A DNA stretch of 64,000 nt from an uncultured Verrucomicrobiae bacterium (lineage in GTDB: Bacteria; Verrucomicrobiota; Verrucomicrobiia; Limisphaerales; Palsa-1400). The stretch covers positions 288,001 through 352,000 of the forward strand of contig CAVXRD010000004.1 of assembly GCA_963764165.1 (NCBI GenBank), in the 5' to 3' direction. A program made the position numbers and the translations under genes. The notes beneath the pieces were generated by a model. The model made no database searches. It saw only the letters and a list, made by a program, of their open reading frames with translations, and was not told the origin of the DNA. Positions 22,266 to 31,499 of this stretch are shown in pieces (the first letter of the stretch is position 1; each line of letters begins with the position of its first letter).

Positions 22266-22469
22266 TCACGGAAAAGGCGTCGTCTTCCCCGCGCAATGGC
22301 CATCCTTGGCCTTCTTGACGAGCGAGTCGAGTTTCCCGGCGTGGGCATCCGCCGCAATTTGCTCATCCCAAAGCTTTTCGCGGCAATCCATCAACCAATC
22401 AGCCACTGCGTGAATATCTTTGGGCTTGAGCCGCGTGATGGCGGATTCAATTTCTTGCACCGTGCTCAT
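22266..22469 (-). CDS. Small hypothetical protein, antitoxin-like
   Basis: MSTVQEIESAI...WDEQIAADAHAGKLD pattern; no toxin ORF follows. Confidence 0.65.
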   Translation of the reverse strand: MSTVQEIESAITRLKPKDIHAVADWLMDCREKLWDEQIAADAHAGKLDSLVKKAKDGHCAGKTTPFP

Positions 22470-22702
22470 GGTCTAAAATTATCTGATTGGCGGATGGTGA
22501 CAAGTCCCCCGCTGCTCGTCTCTTGAGATGCGTAAGCGATCGAAATGGGCAACGCTCATTGCCATGCCCGCCTCGTTCAGGGGCGGCATCGTTGTAGTAG
22601 CGACGCAAAAAATCCTCCAAGCTCCGTCCAGGAGCGGCATCGTTAACCGGCTGGCATTGGCCGCATGTGTAGGCGGAATGTGCTATTGCGCCCGACCGCC
22701 TT

Positions 22703-22904
22703 TTTCATTAACACACCGCTTCAGCGGGGTGTGGCCGCAGCCGAAACCACAAAAACCGTTTTAACGGTTTCATCAGGAGCGAACGGCGTTCCAGGCGTCC
22801 CAGACTCGGCGGCGACGTAAGCCACGGCAGGGCCAGAAACCGTTAAAACGGTTTCTCCGTCCTCGGCCTCGGGCCACCTCGCTGAAGCGGTGTGTTAATG
22901 AAAA
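22703..22904. repeat. Long imperfect inverted-repeat element
   Basis: TTTCATTAACACACCGCTTCAGCG...CGCTGAAGCGGTGTGTTAATGAAA with internal AAACCGTT..AACGGTTT palindromes. Confidence 0.8.
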
Positions 22905-23122
22905 GACCGCCAGAAGAGGAAGAATCCGTCTCACACTCAGATGCATTTCATCAGCTCAATCCGCGTTGCGCACGTCATCTGGAAGCTGCGCCCAATGCAG
23001 CCATGAGATTTCGACGCGCAAACAGGTGGTTCTCGCTATTTTCGGTGGAACAGAGGCACGAGATTTCTCGGTTGGGGCGATTGCAGTCCGTCAATCCCGA
23101 CGGGATTGAATCATTTAGCCTA

Positions 23123-24001
23123 GAGCCTGTACTTAACTTCTTCGGAATAGAGCGGCTAGCATGAGGGTGGCGAAAGCCAGCCAGTGGTATCCTGCCAGGG
23201 TTTCCGCCAGCCGTTCATAATCGCGAGCCAAGCGGCGGAATCGGGCCGCCCAAGCGAACGACCTTTCTACAACCCAGCGCCGAGGCAGCAACACAAAGCC
23301 CTTTTTCGGCTCGTGATGTTTTACCACGTGTAACTCAATGCCGTGTTGGGAGGCCGCCTCAGCGGGTTTTTCTCCGGTGTAACCTTGATCGACGAAGGCC
23401 ACGCTCACGGGTTCGTCCACGGCGGCCTGCACCGCTTGGGCCAGTTGCTCCACCTGCACACGATCCTGCTCGTTGGCTGGGGTCACTGCCAGCGCCAGCA
23501 GGTGACCCAGGGTGTCCACCGCCGCATGCACCTTGGAACCTTTGCGCTTTTTATGTCCGTCGAAACCGGCGCGCGCTCCGCTCTCCGGCGTCGATGGCAA
23601 GGTCCGGCTATCCAGAATGACGGCGCTCGGATCAGCCTTCCGCTCCAAGGCCAGACGCAAAACAGCGCGCAAATCATGCGCCATCGCCTCAAAACAGCCG
23701 GCTTTGACCCAACGCCGGGTTTGTTGGTACACAACGTGCCAGGGCGGCAAGTCATGCGGCATCATCCGCCACGCCAGCCCGGCTCGGATTTGGTAGCGCA
23801 GGGCATTGAAGACCTCGCGCAACGGATAATCCCGCTGCGGAGCCTTCTCTGTCATAAGTGTCAAGTAACGGGCGCAGAAGGCCCATTCCTCATCGCTGAC
23901 ATCGCTTGGATAGCTCGATCGTTTTTCCTTCATCCGCAGCGTATTGCCGGGATATAAATACATTGTACAGACAATTTTTACAAAAAGTTAAGTACAGGCT
24001 C
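23123..24001 (-). mobile_element. IS5-family insertion sequence, 879 bp
   Basis: 17-bp inverted repeats GAGCCTGTACTTAACTT; TA on both flanks; single transposase. Confidence 0.93.
23133..23963 (-). CDS. IS5-family transposase
   Basis: [46 protein letters not shown]. Confidence 0.95.
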   Translation of the reverse strand: MYLYPGNTLRMKEKRSSYPSDVSDEEWAFCARYLTLMTEKAPQRDYPLREVFNALRYQIRAGLAWRMMPHDLPPWHVVYQQTRRWVKAGCFEAMAHDLRAVLRLALERKADPSAVILDSRTLPSTPESGARAGFDGHKKRKGSKVHAAVDTLGHLLALAVTPANEQDRVQVEQLAQAVQAAVDEPVSVAFVDQGYTGEKPAEAASQHGIELHVVKHHEPKKGFVLLPRRWVVERSFAWAARFRRLARDYERLAETLAGYHWLAFATLMLAALFRRS

Positions 24002-24288
24002 TAGAGTTAGCGCAATTCACAAAAAACCTCAATAAATGAATCAACTTCGTTTCCGAGTCAATGACGCCACCCACTAATGGAAACCCGCCCGCCGCTTTAG
24101 AGGCATAAAATGGGTCACCGCGCAATTGCGTACTTGCTTCCTCCTATTTCACGGCTCAATGTGACGTCCGCGTGTCAAATATGCGATTACGTGGGATTGA
24201 CCGTTTTTGACTTTTTTGAATCGCCTTAGAATGGCCGGTTTTGATTCGACCTTACCCGGCAGCTTTTGAAGTGACAAGTGACAGAATT

Positions 24289-24837
24289 ATGAAGCCTCAA
24301 GATCAACGAGAAATGCCGGCGCAGCTTTTGTCAATCGCGTGCGCACTAATTGCCATAATCCATCTCTGCAATTGTTCAGGCAAGGCGGATTTCGTGTTGC
24401 TTGGATTTGTGGCGCTTGGTGCCGCACCGTGGATGGGCGGCATCTTTGAAAGCATCTCTAAAGACGGTGTGAAATATCGTCAGCAAGGATCCACACCGGC
24501 TCAACCTGCGACGCCATTCGCGATCGCGCAGGCACACCCTTCAAGCATATTTTCACAAATGGCCATTCAAGAAAAGAAGGTGTTAGCGACATTGTGGAAA
24601 TATCAAAAAATTCATTTTCAAAATCGCAGGGATCAGCGCTGGACTTTTACCGTGGCCACTGGCTCACCGGAATACATGGAGTTTTCCTTCGGCGTTTTGT
24701 TGCTAATCGATAAAAGATATGCGGCCGTTGCGCCTTCAGGCCAGATAATGCTGACTGAATCTGGATACAATTTCTGTCATGAACATGACCTAGAAATCTC
24801 GGCTTGGCCCACAACCTACGATAGATTTTCAAATTGA
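24289..24837 (+). CDS. Hypothetical membrane protein
   Basis: Two N-terminal hydrophobic segments, soluble C-terminus; AT-richer than flanks. Confidence 0.6.
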   Translation: MKPQDQREMPAQLLSIACALIAIIHLCNCSGKADFVLLGFVALGAAPWMGGIFESISKDGVKYRQQGSTPAQPATPFAIAQAHPSSIFSQMAIQEKKVLATLWKYQKIHFQNRRDQRWTFTVATGSPEYMEFSFGVLLLIDKRYAAVAPSGQIMLTESGYNFCHEHDLEISAWPTTYDRFSN

Positions 24838-24845
24838 GGAGGATT

Positions 24846-25769
24846 ATGAGACGGAGAAAGGTTGAACTTGTATTGATGATGGTGTTATGCCTGATCGCAG
24901 GGTGCAAAACAACGTACAATAATGATTCCCGGCCGCTACCTGGCGGCCTAAAGTTCGCAAAAGGAGAGACAAATGACCTCTCGATCAATCTTCACATTAC
25001 AAATGAACCGCTCGACAAGGTGGTGCTGAAAGTTGAACCAACAAATTCAACTCCGGAAATTGAAATGAAAGTAAGGCTCACGGCTAAAGAACCCGAGGAA
25101 ACTACCCTTCCACTCATAATGGATGTTAAGGCGACCAACAAAAGCCCAGTGCCCGTAAGCATGACAGTTTCAAATACCTCGGCGGTAGTCGTTCCGATCA
25201 ACCTTTTCACTGATGCTGTCAAAGAGATTATCGTTCCAATTAAAGTCCGCCTCGACACAAGTGATTTTGCATCGGCGAAGATTTCATCAGAAATCACTTT
25301 AAAGCTGGACGACGATGTTAAGGCGCTAGTGAAACAGTTGGCTGATTGCAGTTTGGATGCGCCTCCAAAAATGAACCTCACGGGATGGGGACATAATTTA
25401 TCATGGCTTTGCGATTTTTTAGTATTACTATTTATTGTTGCCGTTTCTGGGGCCGCGGGTGGTTTTTTTAGAACAGTCGCGGACGATGCTTCACGCCATT
25501 TAATATATACTAAAATTAGCGTTTTTAGAATATGGAAATCTGCGGAGCTTTTGTCTAATATCATCTTCGGCATAACTGCCGCTTTTTTAGTCCCCACAGC
25601 TCTGTATCTAAAGCACCGAAAATTTTTTGAATTGGGAGTCAAGGACCCACTTTTTTTACTAATACTGGTAAGCGCTAGTTTTGCAGCAGGATTGATTGGT
25701 GCGGTTTTTGTTCAGTGGTTCTACACAATCGCCACAAAAATGTTTCATGAAAACGAACCTCCTAAATAG
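24846..25769 (+). CDS. Hypothetical lipoprotein with three C-terminal TM helices
   Basis: RBS GAGGAGG; lipobox IAGC; beta-repeat-like middle; GAAGGF...GITAAFLVP TM region. Confidence 0.65.
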   Translation: MRRRKVELVLMMVLCLIAGCKTTYNNDSRPLPGGLKFAKGETNDLSINLHITNEPLDKVVLKVEPTNSTPEIEMKVRLTAKEPEETTLPLIMDVKATNKSPVPVSMTVSNTSAVVVPINLFTDAVKEIIVPIKVRLDTSDFASAKISSEITLKLDDDVKALVKQLADCSLDAPPKMNLTGWGHNLSWLCDFLVLLFIVAVSGAAGGFFRTVADDASRHLIYTKISVFRIWKSAELLSNIIFGITAAFLVPTALYLKHRKFFELGVKDPLFLLILVSASFAAGLIGAVFVQWFYTIATKMFHENEPPK

Positions 25770-25892
25770 TGAATATAAAGTGCGGAAATTTATGGGCCGC
25801 GCTATTGCGTCTGGGAGGCAACGAAAATTTAGAGGGCTTTAAAGCCGCATTGTTGGGCGCCCTTTCTTGAGGTTTCGACAGACTCACTCAAA

Positions 25893-25928
25893 TCAAGCGG
25901 ACGCATCCACAACGAAACTGCCGCTCAC
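25893..25928 (-). pseudogene. Truncated PIN/VapC toxin remnant
   Basis: GTG overlapping the antitoxin stop (GTGA) reads MSGSFVVDASA then TGA; FVVDAS is a typical VapC start. Confidence 0.55.
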
Positions 25929-26185
25929 CGCCGCCCCTCGCTAATCCAAGCTTTGACTTCCGCAGTGGTGAGTTTTGGTTTCCCTTGGTTCCGGCGAGAG
26001 ATTTGCTGGCGGAATTCGAAAGGTACGGCGACCGCCGCGCGCACGGATTCCAGATCGCGGCGGCCTTCGGGCACCAAGCGCGCCACCGGCTTGTCGTGCC
26101 GGGTGATGACTTCTTCACCTTGCGCTACCAGTTCAAGGAGCTGGCCAAACCGGGTCTTGGCTTCCAATGCGGTGACACTTTCCAT
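25925..26185 (-). CDS. Phd/YefM family antitoxin
   Basis: VTALEAKTRFGQLLELVAQGEEVITRHDKPVARLVP. Confidence 0.88.
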   Translation of the reverse strand: MESVTALEAKTRFGQLLELVAQGEEVITRHDKPVARLVPEGRRDLESVRAAVAVPFEFRQQISRRNQGKPKLTTAEVKAWISEGRR

Positions 26186-26289
26186 AGTTTCGTCTCAGTC
26201 AAGATTGACCATTCGTTAGGTGCTTTAGCACAGTCCGCTCTGGGTGTGCAACGCGAGATGAGCTGACCGCCGGGGTCAGACGTCTCTGA

Positions 26290-26752
26290 TGCGGAACGCG
26301 AGGCGCGTCCCGCTGCACGCGGGGGCGCGTGCGCTCCCTGGATCCGGCTTGGGGAGCACACGCGCCTCGCGTGTCGCGGTTGGCGCCCTCGCCGACCGCA
26401 TTTCGCTTTTTAGCAGCGCCGTAGGTGCGACATCGTTGTAGAACCCCGCATCCTTTGGAATCAAGCCTCGTAGGGGCGACATATGCTTTGACGTCACGCG
26501 AACGATGCCGCTCCCACGGAGTTCGTTATTCGTTGTCGGTTGTTGATCTACAAAGATTTCGCTCCTACGGAGCTTGGCTGGAGCGATTCAGTTGAATCAA
26601 GGGGACTGCGGCCGTCTCGGCCGCCGCATTTGGCGTCCCGCCGAATGCATCTTCAGTCTCAGATGCCTTCGCACATCCGGGACCGGCGCTTTTGATCGCG
26701 GCGACCACTCGGCGGGACGCCGACTGGAGGCGACCGGGACGGTCGCGCTCCA
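26290..26752. repeat. Cluster of several REP-like palindromic repeats
   Basis: GGAGCACACGCGCCTCGCGTGT, CGTAGGGGCGACAT / GCTCCTACGGAGC, GCGACCGGGACGGTCGC; related copies at ~22190-22260 and ~22575-22640. Confidence 0.7.
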
Positions 26753-26823
26753 TTAAGAAATCTGTCCACCTAGACAGCCTTTGTCCAAGCAACCGTGGCA
26801 GTCTCAAAAGGAAAAAGACAATT

Positions 26824-28167
26824 ATGAAACAAGAATCTTTTCTCTTTGACGCAGTGCCACCGTATCCAGGGACGGTCAATTTGGCCGTGTTGTTGACGGA
26901 AATCGAAACGGTTATCAAAGAACATGTCGTGCTCAATGACCATGCGGCGGCGGCGCTCGCGGTGTGGGTGCTGCATTCTTACACTTTCGAGTTGCGCGAT
27001 GCCGTCGCTTATGTGGCGATTGAATCGCCGGAAAAACGGTGCGGCAAGACGACGCTTGTCTCGGTGCTGGCGGCCATGGCGCACAAGCCTTTGATTGCGT
27101 CCAATATAACGGTCGGCGCGCTGTTTCGAGCCATTGATGGGTGCAGCCCGACTCTTTTCATCGATGAGGCGGATACGTTTCTGGCCCGCAACAGCGCCAT
27201 GCGGGGCATCATCAATTCCGGCAACACCTGGCGCACGGCTTATGTCCTCCGATTGTCGAAAGCCAAATTGAAACAGCCTCGGATTGAGGCGCAGCCGATG
27301 CCAGCGGTTGAAGCCGGGGAAACTGGCTTGAAGCGGTATAGCTGCTGGTGCCCAAAGGTCATCGCGCTGATTGGTGAAGCGCCGGATACCATTGCTGATC
27401 GCTCCATTGTTGTGAAGTTGTCGCGCAAACTCACCACAGAAACATGCGCGCCGCTGACGGACTTGAAAACGGCGGAGATAAAGGCGAAATGCGCGCGCTT
27501 TGCGTTGGACGCCGGGGAATCCATCGCGCGATTCGAAAAAATCCGCGGGGCGGGCTTGAACGATCGCGCGGCGGATACGTTCGACCCATTGTTTGTCATC
27601 GCGCGGCTGGCGGGGGAGGAATGGGAAAGGAAACTGCATGCCGCCGCTCTGGCGCTGACCGCATCGCAGTCAGAAAATGCCGGCACCGGACTGCTGCTGG
27701 ACATCTTTTCGATTTTCGTCGAATGGGGCCGCGAGAAAATCTTCAGCCGCGAGCTGGCCAACTTCTTGCGCACGTTCCAGGGTGGAACGAGGCCGATGAC
27801 CGAGGACGGTTCCACCATTGATGAGTATCGAATCTCAAAAATCTTGCGGCCCTATGGCATCAAGCCCTCGGACATAAGAATCGGCCGTGAGGTCAGCAAA
27901 GGATACACCAGCGTCGCCTTCCGGGAGGCGTTGACACGCTATGTGCCAAAAGCCGATCTCGACGCGCGGATCGAAGAAATGCACCGCAGCTCTATGCTGC
28001 ACGCCGAGGCAGATGCCGAAGCAAGAAAGCAGGAAGCAAAGAGAGAGCAGGTCCAAGCCCATGAGCGTCCGCAAAGCGCGAATCCGGACCTGCTGCAAGC
28101 ATTCGCCAAGCTGCGTGAAGCGAGAAAAATGAGCGGCGCTGCGAGGGCTCTACAACAAACGGAGTAA
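26824..28167 (+). CDS. DUF3631-like P-loop protein of mobile-element replication modules
   Basis: SPEKRCGKTT Walker A, LFIDEAD Walker B, IINSG, DTIADRS, LRPYGIKP. Confidence 0.8.
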   Translation: MKQESFLFDAVPPYPGTVNLAVLLTEIETVIKEHVVLNDHAAAALAVWVLHSYTFELRDAVAYVAIESPEKRCGKTTLVSVLAAMAHKPLIASNITVGALFRAIDGCSPTLFIDEADTFLARNSAMRGIINSGNTWRTAYVLRLSKAKLKQPRIEAQPMPAVEAGETGLKRYSCWCPKVIALIGEAPDTIADRSIVVKLSRKLTTETCAPLTDLKTAEIKAKCARFALDAGESIARFEKIRGAGLNDRAADTFDPLFVIARLAGEEWERKLHAAALALTASQSENAGTGLLLDIFSIFVEWGREKIFSRELANFLRTFQGGTRPMTEDGSTIDEYRISKILRPYGIKPSDIRIGREVSKGYTSVAFREALTRYVPKADLDARIEEMHRSSMLHAEADAEARKQEAKREQVQAHERPQSANPDLLQAFAKLREARKMSGAARALQQTE

Positions 28168-28169
28168 AA

Positions 28170-28250
28170 TGTTGCGGGTCTGTTGCGGGTTTGTTGCCCC
28201 TTTGTAGCTGCTTAAATGCCTTGTTATCAACAGTGTAGCGGGTGTTGCCC
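28170..28250 (+). repeat. Short direct repeats after the DUF3631-like gene
   Basis: TGTTGCGGG x2, TGTTGCCCC x2, TGTAGC x2 within 80 bp. Confidence 0.6.
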
Positions 28251-28488
28251 CTTTTTGGAGATTATATAATGATTCGCTTCAAAACGAGGGTTGGATTGCC
28301 TTTTTCAATGAATCGCCATCCACAATTGCAATCGCCTTCCCGCGTTGCTGGCTGCTGTTCATGCAGTGCGCCCGCATGAACATGTTATTTATTTGGCGCG
28401 GGCGCTTGGTATAATTACTGAATGCCTCGTCGCGTTTTCTCGTTAACTTTGGCCTTTGTGCTGGCGCTGTTCGGCGCTTTCTTGCATG

Positions 28489-28617
28489 AGGTTCAGTACA
28501 GCCCTAAGCAAACCACAGGAGCGTTAAGATCAAGCACTTACAAAGGATTCAAAGGCCGGAGGAGGTTTGGGACACAGACCAACAACAACCCCGCAATGTG
28601 CAAAGGTTCAGGACACT
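28489..28617 (+). repeat. Prophage left-end putative transposase binding sites (three)
   Basis: AGGTTCAGTAC 28489, AGGTTTGGGAC 28563, TGTGCAAAGGTTCAGGACAC 28597. Confidence 0.8.
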
Positions 28618-28618
28618 T

Positions 28619-29080
28619 TTACCGAGCGCCGAGAGCGGCGTCTTGTTGCTGCTTATACATCTTCATGCCATCGACTTGGGCGGAAACGTGGCCATCGGAC
28701 GGCATCGACCATTTGGCGAATCGATAATACCAATTCGTTCGGTTGACGCCCCCGGAGGCGTTCACAAACTCGACCGCCGCCTCGGCGTTCCATTTTGAAA
28801 CGTCATCGCCAATATCGTTGAAGCGGATTTCAATGATGCGGTTAAGACCGACCTGGTCATTGGTTAAAGACTTCATCATGCCGTTGGTCGCTTCCAAGCG
28901 ATACCTCGCCCAAGTCTGTGCGTGACTTTCAAATTCCTCCGGGCGACGGAGCCGCAACTCTTCCCGAATTTCACGCCGCTGTCTTATATCCTCCCAGTTC
29001 AGCCAATTCCGCCCTGAGAGCCATGTAAACACCGCCAATCCCGCCACCACGCCCCAAACAATTTTTCGTTTTCTGTTCAT
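28619..29080 (-). CDS. Membrane-anchored hypothetical protein (possible lysogenic accessory)
   Basis: MNRKRK then a TM segment; downstream of and co-oriented with the putative repressor. Confidence 0.7.
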   Translation of the reverse strand: MNRKRKIVWGVVAGLAVFTWLSGRNWLNWEDIRQRREIREELRLRRPEEFESHAQTWARYRLEATNGMMKSLTNDQVGLNRIIEIRFNDIGDDVSKWNAEAAVEFVNASGGVNRTNWYYRFAKWSMPSDGHVSAQVDGMKMYKQQQDAALGAR

Positions 29081-29156
29081 AAAAACTTATTCACAAAACG
29101 CGGAACTTATTCACATGGACAGTTTTTGTCCAACCCTCTGCCGGAAAATCGAGGGC

Positions 29157-29378
29157 ATGAAAAATACGACTCCTCATCGTAAAATGGTCCAATTGGAATT
29201 CACCTTGGAAGCTCATGCAGGCAATTGGTCGGCTAAGAAGCGCCGTCATATGGCGGAGGTTTACCTCCGCTGGTCCCGCCAGCTTTACGTTTCCGCAAAT
29301 GTCTTGGAAGGCCGGGTGGTGCCTTTTCAGCCGCCGCGATGGACTCAGCGACTTCATCAGCGGTCAGAGTTGAACTAG
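29157..29378 (+). CDS. Hypothetical protein overlapping the repressor 3' end antisense
   Basis: 73 aa, GAGG upstream, amphipathic helical sequence. Confidence 0.4.
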   Translation: MKNTTPHRKMVQLEFTLEAHAGNWSAKKRRHMAEVYLRWSRQLYVSANVLEGRVVPFQPPRWTQRLHQRSELN

Positions 29379-29640
29379 GCGATTTGCCCGGCTCGTTCAT
29401 CAAAACTCCTTGCGGGAGGGCGGCCGGGTATCTGGCATTCTTTGTCCTTGGCGGAGCCTGGGACAATGAAGCCGGAACTTTCAGCCCCAAAGACACGAGC
29501 TTTTCGTAAACCGCCTCGCGGATGAAACGCGAGCGTTCGGTATACCCGTGCGCTTCGCAAGCCGCATCGATCTCGTCAATGAAATCCTGTTTCATCGGGA
29601 TCGGAACCAGCTTCTGACCTTCGGCGCGTTGGCTTGGCAC
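29233..29640 (-). CDS. Ribbon-helix-helix regulator, putative prophage repressor
   Basis: QKLVPIPMKQDFIDEIDAACEAHGYTERSRFIREAVYEKL; leftward orientation at left end; GTG start inferred. Confidence 0.75.
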   Translation of the reverse strand: MPSQRAEGQKLVPIPMKQDFIDEIDAACEAHGYTERSRFIREAVYEKLVSLGLKVPASLSQAPPRTKNARYPAALPQGVLMNEPGKSPSSTLTADEVAESIAAAEKAPPGLPRHLRKRKAGGTSGGKPPPYDGAS

Positions 29641-29642
29641 GC

Positions 29643-29718
29643 GGTGTATATACACCCGCGCCAAAAACTTTTCCAAACTTTTTTCTTGTCAGTTTGGTAT
29701 ATACTGAGTATATACACC
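29643..29718. promoter_or_regulatory. Putative operators between divergent regulators
   Basis: GGTGTATATACACC palindrome 29643-29656; GTATATAC again at 29697 and 29708. Confidence 0.75.
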
Positions 29719-29722
29719 TCCA

Positions 29723-29911
29723 ATGAAACGCGGATCGATTAAAAAAACGAACAGCAAGCTAATCAACGTGTGGTTTCCCGATGAAGTTCTTCCTCTTATC
29801 GATGTCGCGGTAAGGGTGGCGGATTCTGACCGCTCCAAATTCATCCGCAACGCGGTCCGGGAAAAAATGGATCGGATGAACATCGCCCTTTCGGGGAAGG
29901 AGGCACAATGA
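29723..29911 (+). CDS. Ribbon-helix-helix regulator, first early gene
   Basis: KLINVWFPDEVLPLIDVAVRVADSDRSKFIRNAVREKM. Confidence 0.8.
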   Translation: MKRGSIKKTNSKLINVWFPDEVLPLIDVAVRVADSDRSKFIRNAVREKMDRMNIALSGKEAQ

Positions 29912-30108
29912 CCACCACCACTTCAAGTCCCCATCCATGGCGCGTCAGACAACGCCCGGCAGGCGATTGGGAGGTTTCTCGCTTCAACTACGGCACCGGA
30001 AACGCCGAGCGATGGGGCCTTTACCCGACCGAGCAAAAGGCCCGCGACGTTCAAGCCTCCCTAAACCGCCAAAACACCGCCCTTTCAACGCCCTTGAAAG
30101 CCCATTGA
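29908..30108 (+). CDS. Phage hypothetical protein
   Basis: ATGA coupling to upstream gene; RBS GGAGG. Confidence 0.7.
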   Translation: MTTTTSSPHPWRVRQRPAGDWEVSRFNYGTGNAERWGLYPTEQKARDVQASLNRQNTALSTPLKAH

Positions 30109-30109
30109 A

Positions 30110-30610
30110 ATGCCCGCCATCGCCCCACAACTCAGCTTTGATCTGCGCATCAGCGAGCGCCGCCCGCTCGCGCCGCTCAAAGTCGCCATGTGGGCTTTGG
30201 ATCGAAACGAAGATGACGTCCTGGCGCTCATCGGCTCGCGAGCGCTGCCGTGGGCCTTCGATCTCGCCCGCGCTGGCGCGGAGCGGCAATTCGTCGCCGT
30301 CTGGAACGGCTCGATTGTCGCGTATAAGCAGAACAGGGTAGCCGCGCCAGAATTTGCGAGCCTGACCATGGATGACGTCCTTGCCGACATCCTTCCCGAC
30401 CGCCAGGCGCTCCGCGCCGTCGAGTTGAAAGCCCTTCTCGCATCCGTGGTGCAAGGCCACATCGCCCATTTGATCGCGGACAAACTGATTGCGCCCGACG
30501 CCCGGCGCAATTGCGGACTCGGGCGCGGCCAATCGCCGTGGGTCACACGGGCCAGCGTCGCCGGATTCTTGCAATCCAGACTGATCGTAGCCAGCCGGAC
30601 GAGCGCATGA
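30110..30610 (+). CDS. Phage hypothetical protein
   Basis: Tightly packed in the early operon. Confidence 0.7.
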   Translation: MPAIAPQLSFDLRISERRPLAPLKVAMWALDRNEDDVLALIGSRALPWAFDLARAGAERQFVAVWNGSIVAYKQNRVAAPEFASLTMDDVLADILPDRQALRAVELKALLASVVQGHIAHLIADKLIAPDARRNCGLGRGQSPWVTRASVAGFLQSRLIVASRTSA

Positions 30611-30816
30611 AAAAATTCACCATCGCACAGCGCATCCAGGCCGAAATGATCGAAGCCGACTTAATGCAAGGCTGGGAATGCCTCAGCAACGCGCAATTCG
30701 ATCTCGCCATCCATCACTTCAACTCCGCCGCAGCCAAAACCGCCGAAATGCGCGATGCCTTCGCCGCCGAAGCGTCCCGTCCCAAGCCAAAGCAACTCGA
30801 CATCGACATACCATGA
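30607..30816 (+). CDS. Phage hypothetical protein
   Basis: ATGA overlaps at both ends. Confidence 0.65.
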   Translation: MKKFTIAQRIQAEMIEADLMQGWECLSNAQFDLAIHHFNSAAAKTAEMRDAFAAEASRPKPKQLDIDIP

Positions 30817-31499
30817 GCAACAAATTAGAATTGACACACTCCTTGAGCGCCGAGGCGGAAAAAAAACTCGCTGTCCACAAGAAAAACATCCGCGCCTATG
30901 CCAACGGGGTGGATCGTTCCGGCGCGCAACTCTTCGGCTACGCATTTCTGGCCGGAAACGAAATGAACCTCGCCGCCGATATTCTGCCGCACGGACAATT
31001 GCTGGCATGGATTGAAAACAGCTTCCCCGATCTCTCGAATGGCACCGTGGGACGATGGCGGAATTTTGCGGACACCGTGAAAGCCAAATTTCCCACCGTG
31101 GGAAATTTGAAACCCCTTCAACTCAAGAAAAAATTCAGCAAAGTCGAGCAGGAGGAAATCCTCAAAGCCATTCCGCAGATCATGGATGGCCAGGGCATGG
31201 TTGAGTTCATGCGCTCGTGCAAGCTGCTCAACGAGCCAAAGCCCATTGGCGGCGACACACGCCAGACCTTGCCTGACGGCTCGCATCCTCCGGCACCGCC
31301 CCGCAAGCCCAACGCCCAGGAGCAAGCCCAAGCCGCTGATGAAACCGTGCGCGTCATTTACGGCGGATACCTCAAAACCCTGATCGAAGACCGCGAGAAT
31401 TTCATCCTCTGCAAACTCTCGGCCATCAACGAACTCGAAGACCTGCGCCTCGCCCTGGGACGCAAAATCGAAGCCGTCAAAAAAGAACGCAAACCATGA
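30813..31499 (+). CDS. DUF3102-like phage protein
   Basis: AGNEMNLAADILPHGQLLAWIENSFPDLSNGTVGRWRNFA; directly before the transposase. Confidence 0.65.
   Translation: MSNKLELTHSLSAEAEKKLAVHKKNIRAYANGVDRSGAQLFGYAFLAGNEMNLAADILPHGQLLAWIENSFPDLSNGTVGRWRNFADTVKAKFPTVGNLKPLQLKKKFSKVEQEEILKAIPQIMDGQGMVEFMRSCKLLNEPKPIGGDTRQTLPDGSHPPAPPRKPNAQEQAQAADETVRVIYGGYLKTLIEDRENFILCKLSAINELEDLRLALGRKIEAVKKERKP

Noticed and set aside
26290..26752. Possible CRISPR array among clustered repeats
   Set aside because: Repeats are heterogeneous palindromes without regular spacers, and no cas genes are present
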